A stretch of DNA of 60,289 bases from Aquificota bacterium (GCA_030950545.1 JAUZRJ010000024.1:1-60289); one strand, 5' to 3'; numbered from the stretch's first letter, positions 50,533-60,074 are shown. Made by a program: numbers and translations. The notes: generated from the letters alone by a model not told the origin.

Positions 50533-51587
50533 GGAGGATAAAGGTTCTGGTTGTGGACGATTCCGCCTTCATGAGGAAGGCGATAAGGGAGATACTGGAG
50601 AGCGACCCTGAGATAGAGGTCGTAGGCACCGCACGGAACGGCCTTGAGGCTGTAGAGAAGGCAAAGGAACTAAAACCTGACGTTATAACCCTGGACATAA
50701 ACATGCCCGTTATGGACGGGAAAGAGGCCCTTGCGAGGATAATGGAGGAAAACCCCACCCCCGTGGTAGTGGTCTCCTCCCTGACCCAAGAAGACGCACC
50801 CATAACCATGGAGCTCCTCGACATGGGTGCCTTCGACTACGTCCCGAAACCTTCCGGCACCATATCCCTGGACATACACAAGGTCGCGGACGATATAAGG
50901 ACCAAGGTAAAGCAGGCGTACAGGTCGAGGGCGAGGGTCCTGAGCAGGGGACCTTCACAGAGGGTCCTGAGGGCCTCCTTCAAACCCGCAAAGAGGGGCC
51001 TTGCAAAGTACGTCGTCGCCGTCGGCATATCCACGGGCGGACCCGCCACGCTCATAGACATACTTCAGGACTGCGAGGTGGACGAGGAGACCGCCTACCT
51101 CGTTGTCCAGCACATGCCTCCCCAGTTCACCCCCTCCCTGGCAAAGAGACTCTCCGAGTACACACCCATCCAGTTCCACCACGCTACCCACGGACAGGCG
51201 GTCCTGGGAGGTTACGGGTACCTGGCTCCGGGCGGGTGGCACATGAAGGTGGTTCCGGGCGGTAAGATAAAACTCTTCAAGGACGACAGCTACATATACT
51301 ACCCTTCCGCGGACGTTCTCTTCAGCTCTGTCGCGGAGGTTTACTGCCCGAACGCGGTCGGTGTTATCCTGACAGGTATAGGCAGGGACGGGGCGGAGGG
51401 ATTACTCAGGATGAAGGAGTGCGGTTGCATAACCATAGCGGAGTCCGAGGAGACCGCGGTCGTTTACGGCATGCCAGCAGCGGCCAAGGAGATAGGTGCC
51501 GCGGTTGAGATCCTGCCCGCATACAGGATAGCGTCAGCCATAAAGAGACACCTCAGGAGGTTAAAGGAACGTGGACAGAAGGGCTGA
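50529..51587 (+). CDS. cheB: Chemotaxis methylesterase
   Basis: Receiver domain plus GISTGG, QHMP and GRDGA catalytic triad. Confidence 0.95.
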   Translation: MRRIKVLVVDDSAFMRKAIREILESDPEIEVVGTARNGLEAVEKAKELKPDVITLDINMPVMDGKEALARIMEENPTPVVVVSSLTQEDAPITMELLDMGAFDYVPKPSGTISLDIHKVADDIRTKVKQAYRSRARVLSRGPSQRVLRASFKPAKRGLAKYVVAVGISTGGPATLIDILQDCEVDEETAYLVVQHMPPQFTPSLAKRLSEYTPIQFHHATHGQAVLGGYGYLAPGGWHMKVVPGGKIKLFKDDSYIYYPSADVLFSSVAEVYCPNAVGVILTGIGRDGAEGLLRMKECGCITIAESEETAVVYGMPAAAKEIGAAVEILPAYRIASAIKRHLRRLKERGQKG

Positions 51588-52350
51588 GCTTCTGGAAAAG
51601 CTCAGGTCCGAAGACAAAGAGGAGGTCAGGGAAGCTGTGGAATCGCTCGCTGAGTTTCTGGACGGGGAGGTTATAAAGGCCCTTGTGGACACCGCCATCT
51701 CGAGGAAGAGCAAATCCATTCTCGAAGCGGTAAGGGCCACGCTGATGTCCGCGGAAGGAAACGGGGAGGTGATATGCAAAGAGGTGGTGAGGTTCTTCGA
51801 ACACCCTGAGCCCAAGCTGAGGCAGACCGCAATAGACATACTCTCCCACCACGGGGACACCTGTTTGGAGGTTGTGGAGGAAAAACTCCTGAAGAGCGAA
51901 GACTACAACATGAGGAAGTTCGCGCTGGACATACTCTCCCAGATAAGGTCCGAAAAGGCCCTTGAGCTCATAATATCCGCCCTTAAGGACGAGAACCCGA
52001 ACGTAAGCCTGACCGCCCTCGAGTACCTCAGGAACTTTTCCTCAATGAGGGACAGGGTGGTGGAGGCGATAGTCGGGTTCCTGCCCTCGGTAAAGGACGT
52101 GTTCGGGCTGACCACCCTCGCATCAACGATAATATACGGGAACATAAAGGACGGAAGGCTGATAGAGCCGTTAAGGGAGAAGCTGAACACCCTAAAGGAT
52201 CCTATGGAAAAGCACTGGGTGTACAAGGTCCTCCTGTTCCTCGGGGACAAAGACGTCCTGGGTGAAGCCCTCGAGAACGCACGGAAGGTCCGCATGGAGG
52301 AGGACCTGAAGAAAGACATCGAGATATTCGGGGTCCCGGGAGAGGACTGA
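51571..52350 (+). CDS. HEAT-repeat protein in the che operon
   Basis: Repeated helical units (EVREAVESL, KLRQTAIDIL, NMRKFALDIL, NVSLTALEYL). Confidence 0.8.
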   Translation: MDRRAELLEKLRSEDKEEVREAVESLAEFLDGEVIKALVDTAISRKSKSILEAVRATLMSAEGNGEVICKEVVRFFEHPEPKLRQTAIDILSHHGDTCLEVVEEKLLKSEDYNMRKFALDILSQIRSEKALELIISALKDENPNVSLTALEYLRNFSSMRDRVVEAIVGFLPSVKDVFGLTTLASTIIYGNIKDGRLIEPLREKLNTLKDPMEKHWVYKVLLFLGDKDVLGEALENARKVRMEEDLKKDIEIFGVPGED

Positions 52351-53168
52351 TGCTGACGGACCTCTACTTTAATACCCTCAGGGACCTTATATACGAAAAC
52401 ACGGGCATAGTCTTTGACGACAGGAAGAGGTACTTTGTCGAGAACAGGGTGAGAGAGCACATGGAGGAGCTGGGTATAAGCTCCCTTAAAGAATATATAT
52501 ACAGGCTGAAGAGGGACAAAAACGTCCTCAAGGACTTCATATCCAAGATAACGGTGAACGAGACCTACTTCTACAGGGAGTATTACCATCTGAAGGCTCT
52601 CGCCTATCTGGTCCAGACGGAGAGCTTCGGGTTTCCCGTCAGGGTCCTGAGCCTGCCCTGCTCCACGGGGGAAGAACCCTACAGCATAGCCATAGTCCTG
52701 ATGGAGGTTCTGGAGAACCCGGTTAAGTTTGAGATAACGGGTGTGGACATAGACAGAAACGCCCTGAGGAAGGCAAAGGAAGGCGTTTACAGCAGGAGGA
52801 GCGTCTCAAAGCTACCGGGAAGGTATCTGGAGAAGTACTTTGACAGGATCGGTGAAGAGATGTGGAGGATAAAGGACTCCGTGAAAAGACGCGTCCGCTT
52901 TTACGAGGGGAACATACTAGACAGGCTGTTCATGAAAGGGCTCGGCAGGTTCCACTACGTCTTCTGCAAGAACCTGCTCATATACTTCGACGACAGGGCA
53001 AGAGTTCAGGCGGTTAACAACCTCTACGACGTAATGGTGGACGGGGGGTACCTGTTTCTCGGGCATGCGGAGAGCATATCCAGGACGTCCTCGCTCTTCG
53101 AACCCGTCAAGGTTGAGGGGACAATAGTTTACAGAAAGGTCAGGGAGGAAGAGGAAGATGAGTGGTGA
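52350..53168 (+). CDS. cheR: Chemotaxis methyltransferase
   Basis: TVNETYFYRE, CSTGEEPYS, CKNLLIYFD, LGHAES. Confidence 0.95.
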   Translation: MLTDLYFNTLRDLIYENTGIVFDDRKRYFVENRVREHMEELGISSLKEYIYRLKRDKNVLKDFISKITVNETYFYREYYHLKALAYLVQTESFGFPVRVLSLPCSTGEEPYSIAIVLMEVLENPVKFEITGVDIDRNALRKAKEGVYSRRSVSKLPGRYLEKYFDRIGEEMWRIKDSVKRRVRFYEGNILDRLFMKGLGRFHYVFCKNLLIYFDDRARVQAVNNLYDVMVDGGYLFLGHAESISRTSSLFEPVKVEGTIVYRKVREEEEDEW

Positions 53169-53529
53169 GAGGAAGACCGCCCTCGTTGTGGACGATTCCC
53201 TGACCGTCAGGATATACCACTCATCACTTCTCAGGAACTTCGGGTACGAGGTTGACACAGCTGAGAACGGTCTTGAGGCCCTTGAGATGGCGATGAAGAA
53301 AAAATACGACCTCATACTCTCGGACATAAACATGCCTGTCATGGACGGGTACGAGTTCGTGAGGAAACTGAGAAAGCTGGAGGAGTACAGGTACACCCCC
53401 GTTGTTTTCATCACAACCCTGAACTCTGAGGAGGACAGAAGGAAAGCCCTGATGGCGGGCGGTACACTTTACATAGTCAAACCCATAAACCTGGAGGTCC
53501 TCGAGAAGATCCTGAGGTCCATATCTTAA
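53158..53529 (+). CDS. cheY: Second CheY-like response regulator
   Basis: VDDS, SDINMP, ITT, KP. Confidence 0.88.
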   Translation: MSGERKTALVVDDSLTVRIYHSSLLRNFGYEVDTAENGLEALEMAMKKKYDLILSDINMPVMDGYEFVRKLRKLEEYRYTPVVFITTLNSEEDRRKALMAGGTLYIVKPINLEVLEKILRSIS

Positions 53530-56036
53530 CCGTTCTCCTTCAGATACCTCTCAAAATCCTCGGGAGGAAGCGGGGGTGAGAAGTAAAAACCCTGGGCGTA
53601 ATCACACCCCAGGTCCCTGAGCACCCTCACCTGCTCCTCGGTCTCAGTTCCTTCCGCCACCGTCTTCAGACCGAAGGTCCTTGCGAGAAGGATTATGGCC
53701 TTCACGATCTCAAGGTCGTCCCTGTTGTCAGGAAGGTCCTTTATGAACTCCCTGTCTATCTTGAGGGCGTAAACGGGGAGCTTCTTGAGGTAAAAGAGGG
53801 AGGAGTAACCCGTTCCGAAGTCGTCTATGTATGTCCTCACACCGTAGGAGGCGAGGGTGTTGAGGAACTCAACGGACACCGCCACGTTTTCCATGACCGC
53901 GGACTCGGTTATCTCCACCTCAAGGCGGTCGAAGCTCCCGCCACAGCTGAGCACAGCTCCCACAAAGCTGTCCGCAAAAGAGGGCGTCCTGAGCTGGAGG
54001 GGGGACACGTTAAGGGCTATCCTTATCTCTATACCTTTCTTCTTCCACTCCCCCATCTGCCTGCAGACCTCACCGACCACCCACTCGCCGACCCTGTGGA
54101 TGAGTTCGCTCTCCTCTAAAAGCCTGAGGAACCTGGACGGCGGGATCACCTTCTGGTCCCTGACCCACCTCAGCAGGGCCTCACACCCCTCCACCTTACC
54201 CGTCCTGAGGTTGACCTTGGGCTGGTAGTAAAGCCTGAACTCGCCCCTGTCGATGGCGCGCCTGAGGTCCGCCCTGAGGTTCACCCTCTCCTCGGTAACC
54301 CTGTCCACGCCTTCCGAGAAGTAGACCGTTCTGTTACCCCCCAGGTCCTTTGCCCTTCTTACGGAAGCCATGGCGTTTGCGATGAGGGTTTCGTGATCTG
54401 AGGCGTCCTCGGGAAAGAAGGACACACCGCAGGAGAAGGTGATGAATATATCCCGCGAGTCCACCCTGACAGGTTCGGTCATCTCATCTCTCAGTCTTGA
54501 GATCAGCCTCTCGACCGCGGTCTTACCGTCCTCCGCTGTGATCAGTATCCCGAACTCGTCCCCTCCGATCCTGCCCACCAGGTCGTCACCCCTCACCACG
54601 GACCTCACCCTCCTCGCCACATCCCTGAGGACCTCGTCCCCCGTCCTGTAACCGAAGGCCTGGTTTATCTCGTTGAAGTTATCCACATCCACAACTATCA
54701 GGGCTAGCCTTGTGTCCCTTGCCCTTGCCACCTCGGTGATCTCCTTGAGCCTCCTTATGAAAAACCGCCTGTTTATAAGGCCGGTCAGGCTGTCGTGTAT
54801 CTCGAGGTGTCTCGCCTTTCTTTCCGATGATATCCTCCTGAGACTGAAGGATAGGTCCTGGGCTATCTCCGCGAGCAGGGTGACCTCCTCCTGTGTGAAA
54901 GCCTCCTGCCCGTATCTTGAGACAACGAGGACGTACCCGTCAAAGGACAGACAGACCGCCACATCCCCGTCCGAGTACTCCCCGTATTCCGCGATCGGTT
55001 CACCGTCCTCTTTCGGGAAAACACCCGCGTACTTGAAGTCTCCCTTCACCTTCACTATCCTGACCGCGGAGGAGATCAGGGTGTCAACACCTCCCGCGGT
55101 TGTGATGAGGGTGTTTATGCTGACCAGGGCGTCGTAGAGCTTCCTGATCCTCTCAAGCTGGGCTTCCCTTCTTATCCTCTCCCTTATGTCCCTGAAGACG
55201 AGCACCGAGAAGGTCATCCCCTCCGATGTGAAGGTCCCGATGTAGGCCTCCGAGGGTATCCACTCACCCGTGGCCCTGTTCAGGAGGTGGACCACCTCAC
55301 CCGAACGACCGCCCTCAGGCAGGAGGCTCCTCAGCTCCCTCCACAGGGATTCTCTCTTTTCTTCGGGAAAGAGCACCTCCACCCGCTCACCTATGAGGTC
55401 CAGAACGTCCGCACCCAGCAGGTCAGCCAGAACCCTGTTCACGTCAACTATACGCTCGGACCTCATGTCCACAACCGCCACACCCTCCGGGACGGAGTCT
55501 ATTACCGCCTTGTATCTCGGCTCACCGCTCCTGATCACACGGGCGAAGTTGTAAGCCTCGAGGGTAAGGGTTATGTCGAGTATAACCGCCTTGAAGACCG
55601 CCAGGGCGGTCCTGAAGGCTTTATCGGGAGGCAGACGTTTCCCGATCCTGGTAAGGATGAGGTCAACCCACTTGGCGTAAGCTCCCGTAAATAGTCCGGG
55701 ATCCACCTCCGCCTTCTCATGCCTCAGACCGAGTGCGATCCTCGACCTCAGGTAATTGAGGTCGTGTTTCCCCTCAAACATCTCCCTGAGATACCCGGAC
55801 TGGGCTTTCTTGAGCCTTTCGAGGGAGTCAACTCCTGACAGGATCTCCCTCGCCCTTTCGAACTTAAAGAGGTGGTCGTAGAAGCGGTCAAAAACGGAGG
55901 CGAGCTCCTCTTCGGGCAGAAGCTCCAGGGCTTCCCTCAGGAAGCTCAGATCCTCCTCAGACAGGTCCAGGTACGATAACCTCCTCCTGAGGTCCTCCTC
56001 TCCGAGGCCGAGTATCTTTATTATTCTGTCTACCAA
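53526..56036 (-). CDS. Globin-coupled diguanylate cyclase/phosphodiesterase (protoglobin-PAS-GAF-like-GGDEF-EAL)
   Basis: N-terminal sensor globin (FYDHL, LKKAQSGY, GLRHEKAEV), PAS, HDSLTG, RGDD I-site, GGDEF, EALLR, DDFGTGYSS. Confidence 0.88.
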   Translation of the reverse strand: MVDRIIKILGLGEEDLRRRLSYLDLSEEDLSFLREALELLPEEELASVFDRFYDHLFKFERAREILSGVDSLERLKKAQSGYLREMFEGKHDLNYLRSRIALGLRHEKAEVDPGLFTGAYAKWVDLILTRIGKRLPPDKAFRTALAVFKAVILDITLTLEAYNFARVIRSGEPRYKAVIDSVPEGVAVVDMRSERIVDVNRVLADLLGADVLDLIGERVEVLFPEEKRESLWRELRSLLPEGGRSGEVVHLLNRATGEWIPSEAYIGTFTSEGMTFSVLVFRDIRERIRREAQLERIRKLYDALVSINTLITTAGGVDTLISSAVRIVKVKGDFKYAGVFPKEDGEPIAEYGEYSDGDVAVCLSFDGYVLVVSRYGQEAFTQEEVTLLAEIAQDLSFSLRRISSERKARHLEIHDSLTGLINRRFFIRRLKEITEVARARDTRLALIVVDVDNFNEINQAFGYRTGDEVLRDVARRVRSVVRGDDLVGRIGGDEFGILITAEDGKTAVERLISRLRDEMTEPVRVDSRDIFITFSCGVSFFPEDASDHETLIANAMASVRRAKDLGGNRTVYFSEGVDRVTEERVNLRADLRRAIDRGEFRLYYQPKVNLRTGKVEGCEALLRWVRDQKVIPPSRFLRLLEESELIHRVGEWVVGEVCRQMGEWKKKGIEIRIALNVSPLQLRTPSFADSFVGAVLSCGGSFDRLEVEITESAVMENVAVSVEFLNTLASYGVRTYIDDFGTGYSSLFYLKKLPVYALKIDREFIKDLPDNRDDLEIVKAIILLARTFGLKTVAEGTETEEQVRVLRDLGCDYAQGFYFSPPLPPEDFERYLKENG

Positions 56037-56047
56037 CGCTCCTTTAA

Positions 56048-56065
56048 TTTACAGATTTTTACAGA
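56048..56065. repeat. TTTACAGA direct repeat (10-bp period) in the divergent promoter region
   Basis: TTTACAGA at 56048-56055 and 56058-56065; similar to the repeats at 40490-40530. Confidence 0.5.
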
Positions 56066-56135
56066 AAAGAGCAAGCCCTAAAACCCTTCCCTTTCTGGAA
56101 AAAGGTCTTACATTTAAAGGTCATTAGGAGGCTGT

Positions 56136-56432
56136 TTGCGAAAGAAGACCTACGTGTTCGATCAGGAAACCCTGAAGATCCTCGAGAAGCTCAAACAGGA
56201 GCTGGGGAAGAAGGAAACCCAGATCCTGAAGGAAGCCCTCAGACTCTTTTACGAACACCACAGGTCCCTCAAGAGGGAGATCTCACGCCTTGAGGCGGTT
56301 GTGCGGAACACAGAGAAGCTCACGGAAAGGATAGAGGAGCTCAGCCACAGACTCGGAAGGTGTGAGGAAAGACTGAGGAGTCTTGAGTGCGAGATCAGGA
56401 AGCTGAGGGACGGTCGGGATTATAATTCATAG
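56136..56432 (+). CDS. Small ribbon-helix-helix-like/coiled-coil protein (paralog 2)
   Basis: AGGAGG SD with TTG start; MRKKTYVFD...LGRC.ER shared with 40617-40901. Confidence 0.75.
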   Translation: MRKKTYVFDQETLKILEKLKQELGKKETQILKEALRLFYEHHRSLKREISRLEAVVRNTEKLTERIEELSHRLGRCEERLRSLECEIRKLRDGRDYNS

Positions 56433-56435
56433 ATC

Positions 56436-57374
56436 ATGAGCTCGGAAGTAGAGAAGGTGATAATAATCGGCGGTGCCTGTGCAGGGCTTACCGCTGCCAT
56501 ATACACGTCAAGGGCGAGGCTCAACCCCCTCCTGTTCACAGGTAGCATGTTCGGCGGTCAGCTCATGATGACGACCGATGTGGAGAACTTCCCCGGTTTC
56601 CCCGAAGGCATACAGGGTCCAGAACTTATGGAGAGGATGAGACAGCAGGCGGAGAGGTTCGGGACCAGGATAGTCTACGAGGAGGTAACCAGAGTTGACT
56701 TCTCCTCAAGACCCTTCAGGGTGTGGGCGGGAGAAAAAGAGTACCTCGCCCACAGCGTTATAATAGCGACAGGTGCAAAGCCGAGGACCTTAGGGCTTGA
56801 GTCGGAGGAGAAGCTCCTCGGTAAGGGTGTCTCCTACTGTGCGGTCTGCGACGGCGCTTTCTTCAAGGATGCGGACGTGGTGGTCGTCGGAGGCGGGGAT
56901 TCCGCCATGGAGGAAGCCCTGCACCTAACCCAGCACGCAAGGAGCGTCACGGTTATCCACAGAAGGGATAAGCTGAGGGCTTCAAAGATAATGCAGGAGA
57001 GAGCCTTCGCCAACCCGAAGATAAGCTTCGTCTGGGACAGCGTGGTGGAGGAGATCCTGGACGTATCCAAGGGCAGGGTCACGGGTGTCAGGGTGAGGAA
57101 CAGGAAGACCGGGGAGGAAAAGGAGATCAGCTGTGAAGGTGTCTTCATAGCGATAGGCCACGAACCCAACACGGAGATATTTAAGGGACAGGTGGAGCTT
57201 GACAGCAGGGGATACATAAAAGTCCGTGACTTTGTGAAGACGTCCGTTGAAGGGGTCTTTGCGGCCGGAGACGTCCACGACCACAGGTTCAGACAGGCGG
57301 TGACCGCCTCCGCCTTCGGGTGTATGGCTGCTCTCGAGTGTGAGCGTTACCTCTCCGAAAAGGGTATAATCTGA
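56436..57374 (+). CDS. trxB: NADPH-dependent thioredoxin reductase
   Basis: CAVCD, GGGDSA, HRRDKLR, AAGD. Confidence 0.93.
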   Translation: MSSEVEKVIIIGGACAGLTAAIYTSRARLNPLLFTGSMFGGQLMMTTDVENFPGFPEGIQGPELMERMRQQAERFGTRIVYEEVTRVDFSSRPFRVWAGEKEYLAHSVIIATGAKPRTLGLESEEKLLGKGVSYCAVCDGAFFKDADVVVVGGGDSAMEEALHLTQHARSVTVIHRRDKLRASKIMQERAFANPKISFVWDSVVEEILDVSKGRVTGVRVRNRKTGEEKEISCEGVFIAIGHEPNTEIFKGQVELDSRGYIKVRDFVKTSVEGVFAAGDVHDHRFRQAVTASAFGCMAALECERYLSEKGII

Positions 57375-58036
57375 TCCACTCCCACAACTTCCCCGTCCCT
57401 CAGGTTAACGACCCTGTGGAAGAACTTCCTGAGCTCCTGGTTGTGGGTTGCGACTATGAAGGTTATACCCTTGGCCCGGTTCAGGTCCCCGAAGAGGTTA
57501 AAGATCTTAATACCCTCCTCCATGTCCAGGTTCCCTGTCGGCTCGTCCGCAAGGATGAGGTCCGGGTCCGAAATGAGGGCTCTTCCTATGGCCACCCTCT
57601 GCTGTTCTCCTCCGGAGAGCTGGTTGGGTTTGTGCCGTGTTCTGTGGGAGAGTCTGAGGAAATCAAGGATGCGTTTGGCCTTCCTTTCAGGATCCTTTAC
57701 ACCGACCATCTCCCCGACTATCAGCAGGTTCTCAAGTACGGTGAAATCCTCAAGCAGGTAGTAAAACTGGAATATGTAGGCTACCCTGCCCTTTCTGAAC
57801 TCCGCCAGCTCGTCCTCATCCATAGCGGATACGGACCTCCCGAAGAGGAAAACCTCCCCCCTTGTGGGCCTGTCGAGGCCCCCTATGAGGTGTAAAAGCG
57901 TGCTCTTTCCGGAGCCCGAAGGTCCCATGACTCCCAGAAACTCTCCCCTCCTTACGTTCAGGTTAACACCCTTCAGCGCTCTGGTCCCGTCTGGGTAAAC
58001 CTTCCAGAGGTCTTTCGTTCTCACGACATCACTCAT
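57347..58036 (-). CDS. lolD: ABC transporter ATP-binding protein (LolD-like)
   Basis: GPSGSGKS, LSGGEQQR, ADEPTGNLD. Confidence 0.82.
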   Translation of the reverse strand: MSDVVRTKDLWKVYPDGTRALKGVNLNVRRGEFLGVMGPSGSGKSTLLHLIGGLDRPTRGEVFLFGRSVSAMDEDELAEFRKGRVAYIFQFYYLLEDFTVLENLLIVGEMVGVKDPERKAKRILDFLRLSHRTRHKPNQLSGGEQQRVAIGRALISDPDLILADEPTGNLDMEEGIKIFNLFGDLNRAKGITFIVATHNQELRKFFHRVVNLRDGEVVGVDQIIPFSER

Positions 58037-59216
58037 TCCTCAGAACCCTCACCACGTTCTCCTTAGAAGCCCTCACCGCGGGTATGAGAGAGGAGAGGAA
58101 GGAAAGGAACAGGGTCCCCGCAAAAACCGCCACAAGGTCCGCTGTCTTTATGTGAACGGGTATGTGGCTCATCATGTAAACCTCTTCGGGGACCCTTATT
58201 AGCCTGTACTCGTTTATAAGGTACGCAAGACCGAAGGATACCCCTATACCGAGAACCGCTCCCACCACACCTATGGTCATGCCGACCAGGAGAAAGATCC
58301 TCAGGATATCCGAGCTTTTCATACCGAAGGTCTTCAAAACCGCTATGTCCCTTACCTTTTCCCTCGCCTTCACGAAGAGGAGGCTCGTTATGTTGAAAGA
58401 TGCCACGAGGACCATAAGGAGCAGGATCAGAAACAGGGCGAGTTTCTCCAGCTGTAGTGCGTTAAAGAGAGGTCTGTTGAGGTCTATCCAGGACCTGACT
58501 ATAAGCCCCTTTACACCCAGGGTTTCCACTATAAGCCTCTTGACCTCCTGAGCCCTGTAAGGGTCCTCTATGTAGACCTCGAGGCCGTCGAATTTGAAGC
58601 CTCTTCTGAAGAACCTCTTGGCCTCCTCGTGTCTCATATACGCTATGACAAAGTCCCTGTCGTAGGAACCTGTGTGGAATATACCTCCCACTTTGATCTC
58701 CCTAGTCTTGGGAACGAAACCCGTAGGTGTCCTTATGCCCATGGGTGAGACCAGGATAACCCTGTCTCCCACGAAGACCCCAAGAACGTCCGCTATCCCT
58801 TTACCTATAACCAGATCCTTCAGCTTACCGCTCACCAGCTGTGACCCGACTATGTCCTTGAAGGCCTTCTCTCTGTAGTTCACAGCCTTGATCGTTACGG
58901 GCTGGACCCTGTCCTCCTTCACGAGTATGGCGTTGTAAAGGGTGAAGGGGAGGACCTCCTTTACTTCGGGTATGTTCTCTATTCTCCTGATGAAGTTCTT
59001 AAGGTCCTCATAACCTGTTGAGCTGACTATTATGTGGGGAGTGCTTGACAGGATCTTTTCCTTGAGGGAGTCCTGGAAGCCTGTGAAGACACCCAAGGTG
59101 AGGAGTATGGCGCAGACGCTCAGAAAAACCCCGAAGAAGGATATCAGGGTTATAAGCAGGGTGCTACCCCTGACCGAGACCAGGTATCTGATGGCTATCT
59201 TAAGGACTGTCCCCAT
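58029..59216 (-). CDS. Lipoprotein-releasing ABC permease (LolC/E family)
   Basis: MacB/FtsX topology; N..LF.AL..EK and IAVLKTFG motifs. Confidence 0.85.
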   Translation of the reverse strand: MGTVLKIAIRYLVSVRGSTLLITLISFFGVFLSVCAILLTLGVFTGFQDSLKEKILSSTPHIIVSSTGYEDLKNFIRRIENIPEVKEVLPFTLYNAILVKEDRVQPVTIKAVNYREKAFKDIVGSQLVSGKLKDLVIGKGIADVLGVFVGDRVILVSPMGIRTPTGFVPKTREIKVGGIFHTGSYDRDFVIAYMRHEEAKRFFRRGFKFDGLEVYIEDPYRAQEVKRLIVETLGVKGLIVRSWIDLNRPLFNALQLEKLALFLILLLMVLVASFNITSLLFVKAREKVRDIAVLKTFGMKSSDILRIFLLVGMTIGVVGAVLGIGVSFGLAYLINEYRLIRVPEEVYMMSHIPVHIKTADLVAVFAGTLFLSFLSSLIPAVRASKENVVRVLRNE

Positions 59217-59914
59217 CAGACCATCCTCAGGGACTTTATTATCTCCTTCTGTCTTTCAAGCACGTACCTCTTTATCTTTGTGATCTCCTTCTTCGGAAAG
59301 CTGACCTCAAAGCCCAGCCTCACATACACGTCCCTACCGAGTCCTATGACATTTCTAAGCCTGCCCTTTCCCACCGCCTCCTCCCCTGAGGGAAGCAGTA
59401 TCCTTATGGTAAAATCGCGATCAGGACCGCCCGCTTTCAAGTCTTCAGAGATACCCTCCAACAGATCTATGAGTTCGCGGTGGGACTCCCTGTCAAGTGC
59501 AACACCGACCCCGGTCTCACTTATATCCCTTGCCTGTGTCTCCGCACTTATACCGCTCACGCTTATGACCACCTTCACAGGTTTGTTTTCGTCAGGCTCG
59601 ACCCTTACGTATCTCCTCTTCACGAACTCCGGAGGTTCCACGAAGTTCTCGAGCATAAGGACAAGCTCCTTACCCAGATTGCTGAAAACCTGGGTTTTGG
59701 CAAACTCCTCCGGGCTCAGCTCAACGTAAACGGGGTCCAGGGTTGAAAAGGCCACCTTAAGGTGTGTTCTTCCCCAGTCAAAGCCGAGGAGCCTCCCCTC
59801 CTCGTCCAACCAGTTCAGCCTGAGGTTCACCCTTACGGGTATCTCCTTGTACTTGGTCACTATGTTATATCGGTCTCCGATCGTGAAGACGTCCTCCAGC
59901 CTTGGTCTGTTCAT
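59216..59914 (-). CDS. PilZ domain protein (c-di-GMP receptor; start uncertain, 59914 or 59941)
   Basis: RRYVR (RxxxR) and DISETG (DxSxxG) motifs. Confidence 0.85.
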   Translation of the reverse strand: MNRPRLEDVFTIGDRYNIVTKYKEIPVRVNLRLNWLDEEGRLLGFDWGRTHLKVAFSTLDPVYVELSPEEFAKTQVFSNLGKELVLMLENFVEPPEFVKRRYVRVEPDENKPVKVVISVSGISAETQARDISETGVGVALDRESHRELIDLLEGISEDLKAGGPDRDFTIRILLPSGEEAVGKGRLRNVIGLGRDVYVRLGFEVSFPKKEITKIKRYVLERQKEIIKSLRMV

Positions 59915-59945
59915 GGGTTCAAATAGTATAATCGACTTCAAGAGC

Positions 59946-59974
59946 TTGACATCTTATGCCCAAACGCATATAAT
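59946..59974 (+). promoter_or_regulatory. Consensus sigma70 promoter of tRNA-Glu
   Basis: TTGACA (59946-59951)-N17-TATAAT (59969-59974). Confidence 0.85.
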
Positions 59975-59991
59975 ACTTGACTGGCTCGCAA

Positions 59992-60069
59992 GCCCCCGTC
60001 GTCTAGCCTGGCCTAGGACGCCGGCCTTTCACGCCGGAAACGCGGGTTCAAATCCCGCCGGGGGTGCCA
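59992..60069 (+). tRNA. tRNA-Glu (TTC)
   Basis: Acceptor GCCCCCG/CGGGGGT, anticodon arm CCGGC-CTTTCAC-GCCGG, T arm GGTTCAAATCC, encoded CCA. Confidence 0.97.
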
Positions 60070-60074
60070 CCTCC

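Noticed and set aside
40349-56435. Che/c-di-GMP block as a mobile genomic island
   Set aside because: No integrase, transposase or att-like direct repeat was seen. The flanking paralogs are diverged at DNA level and most of the block has host-like codon usage.
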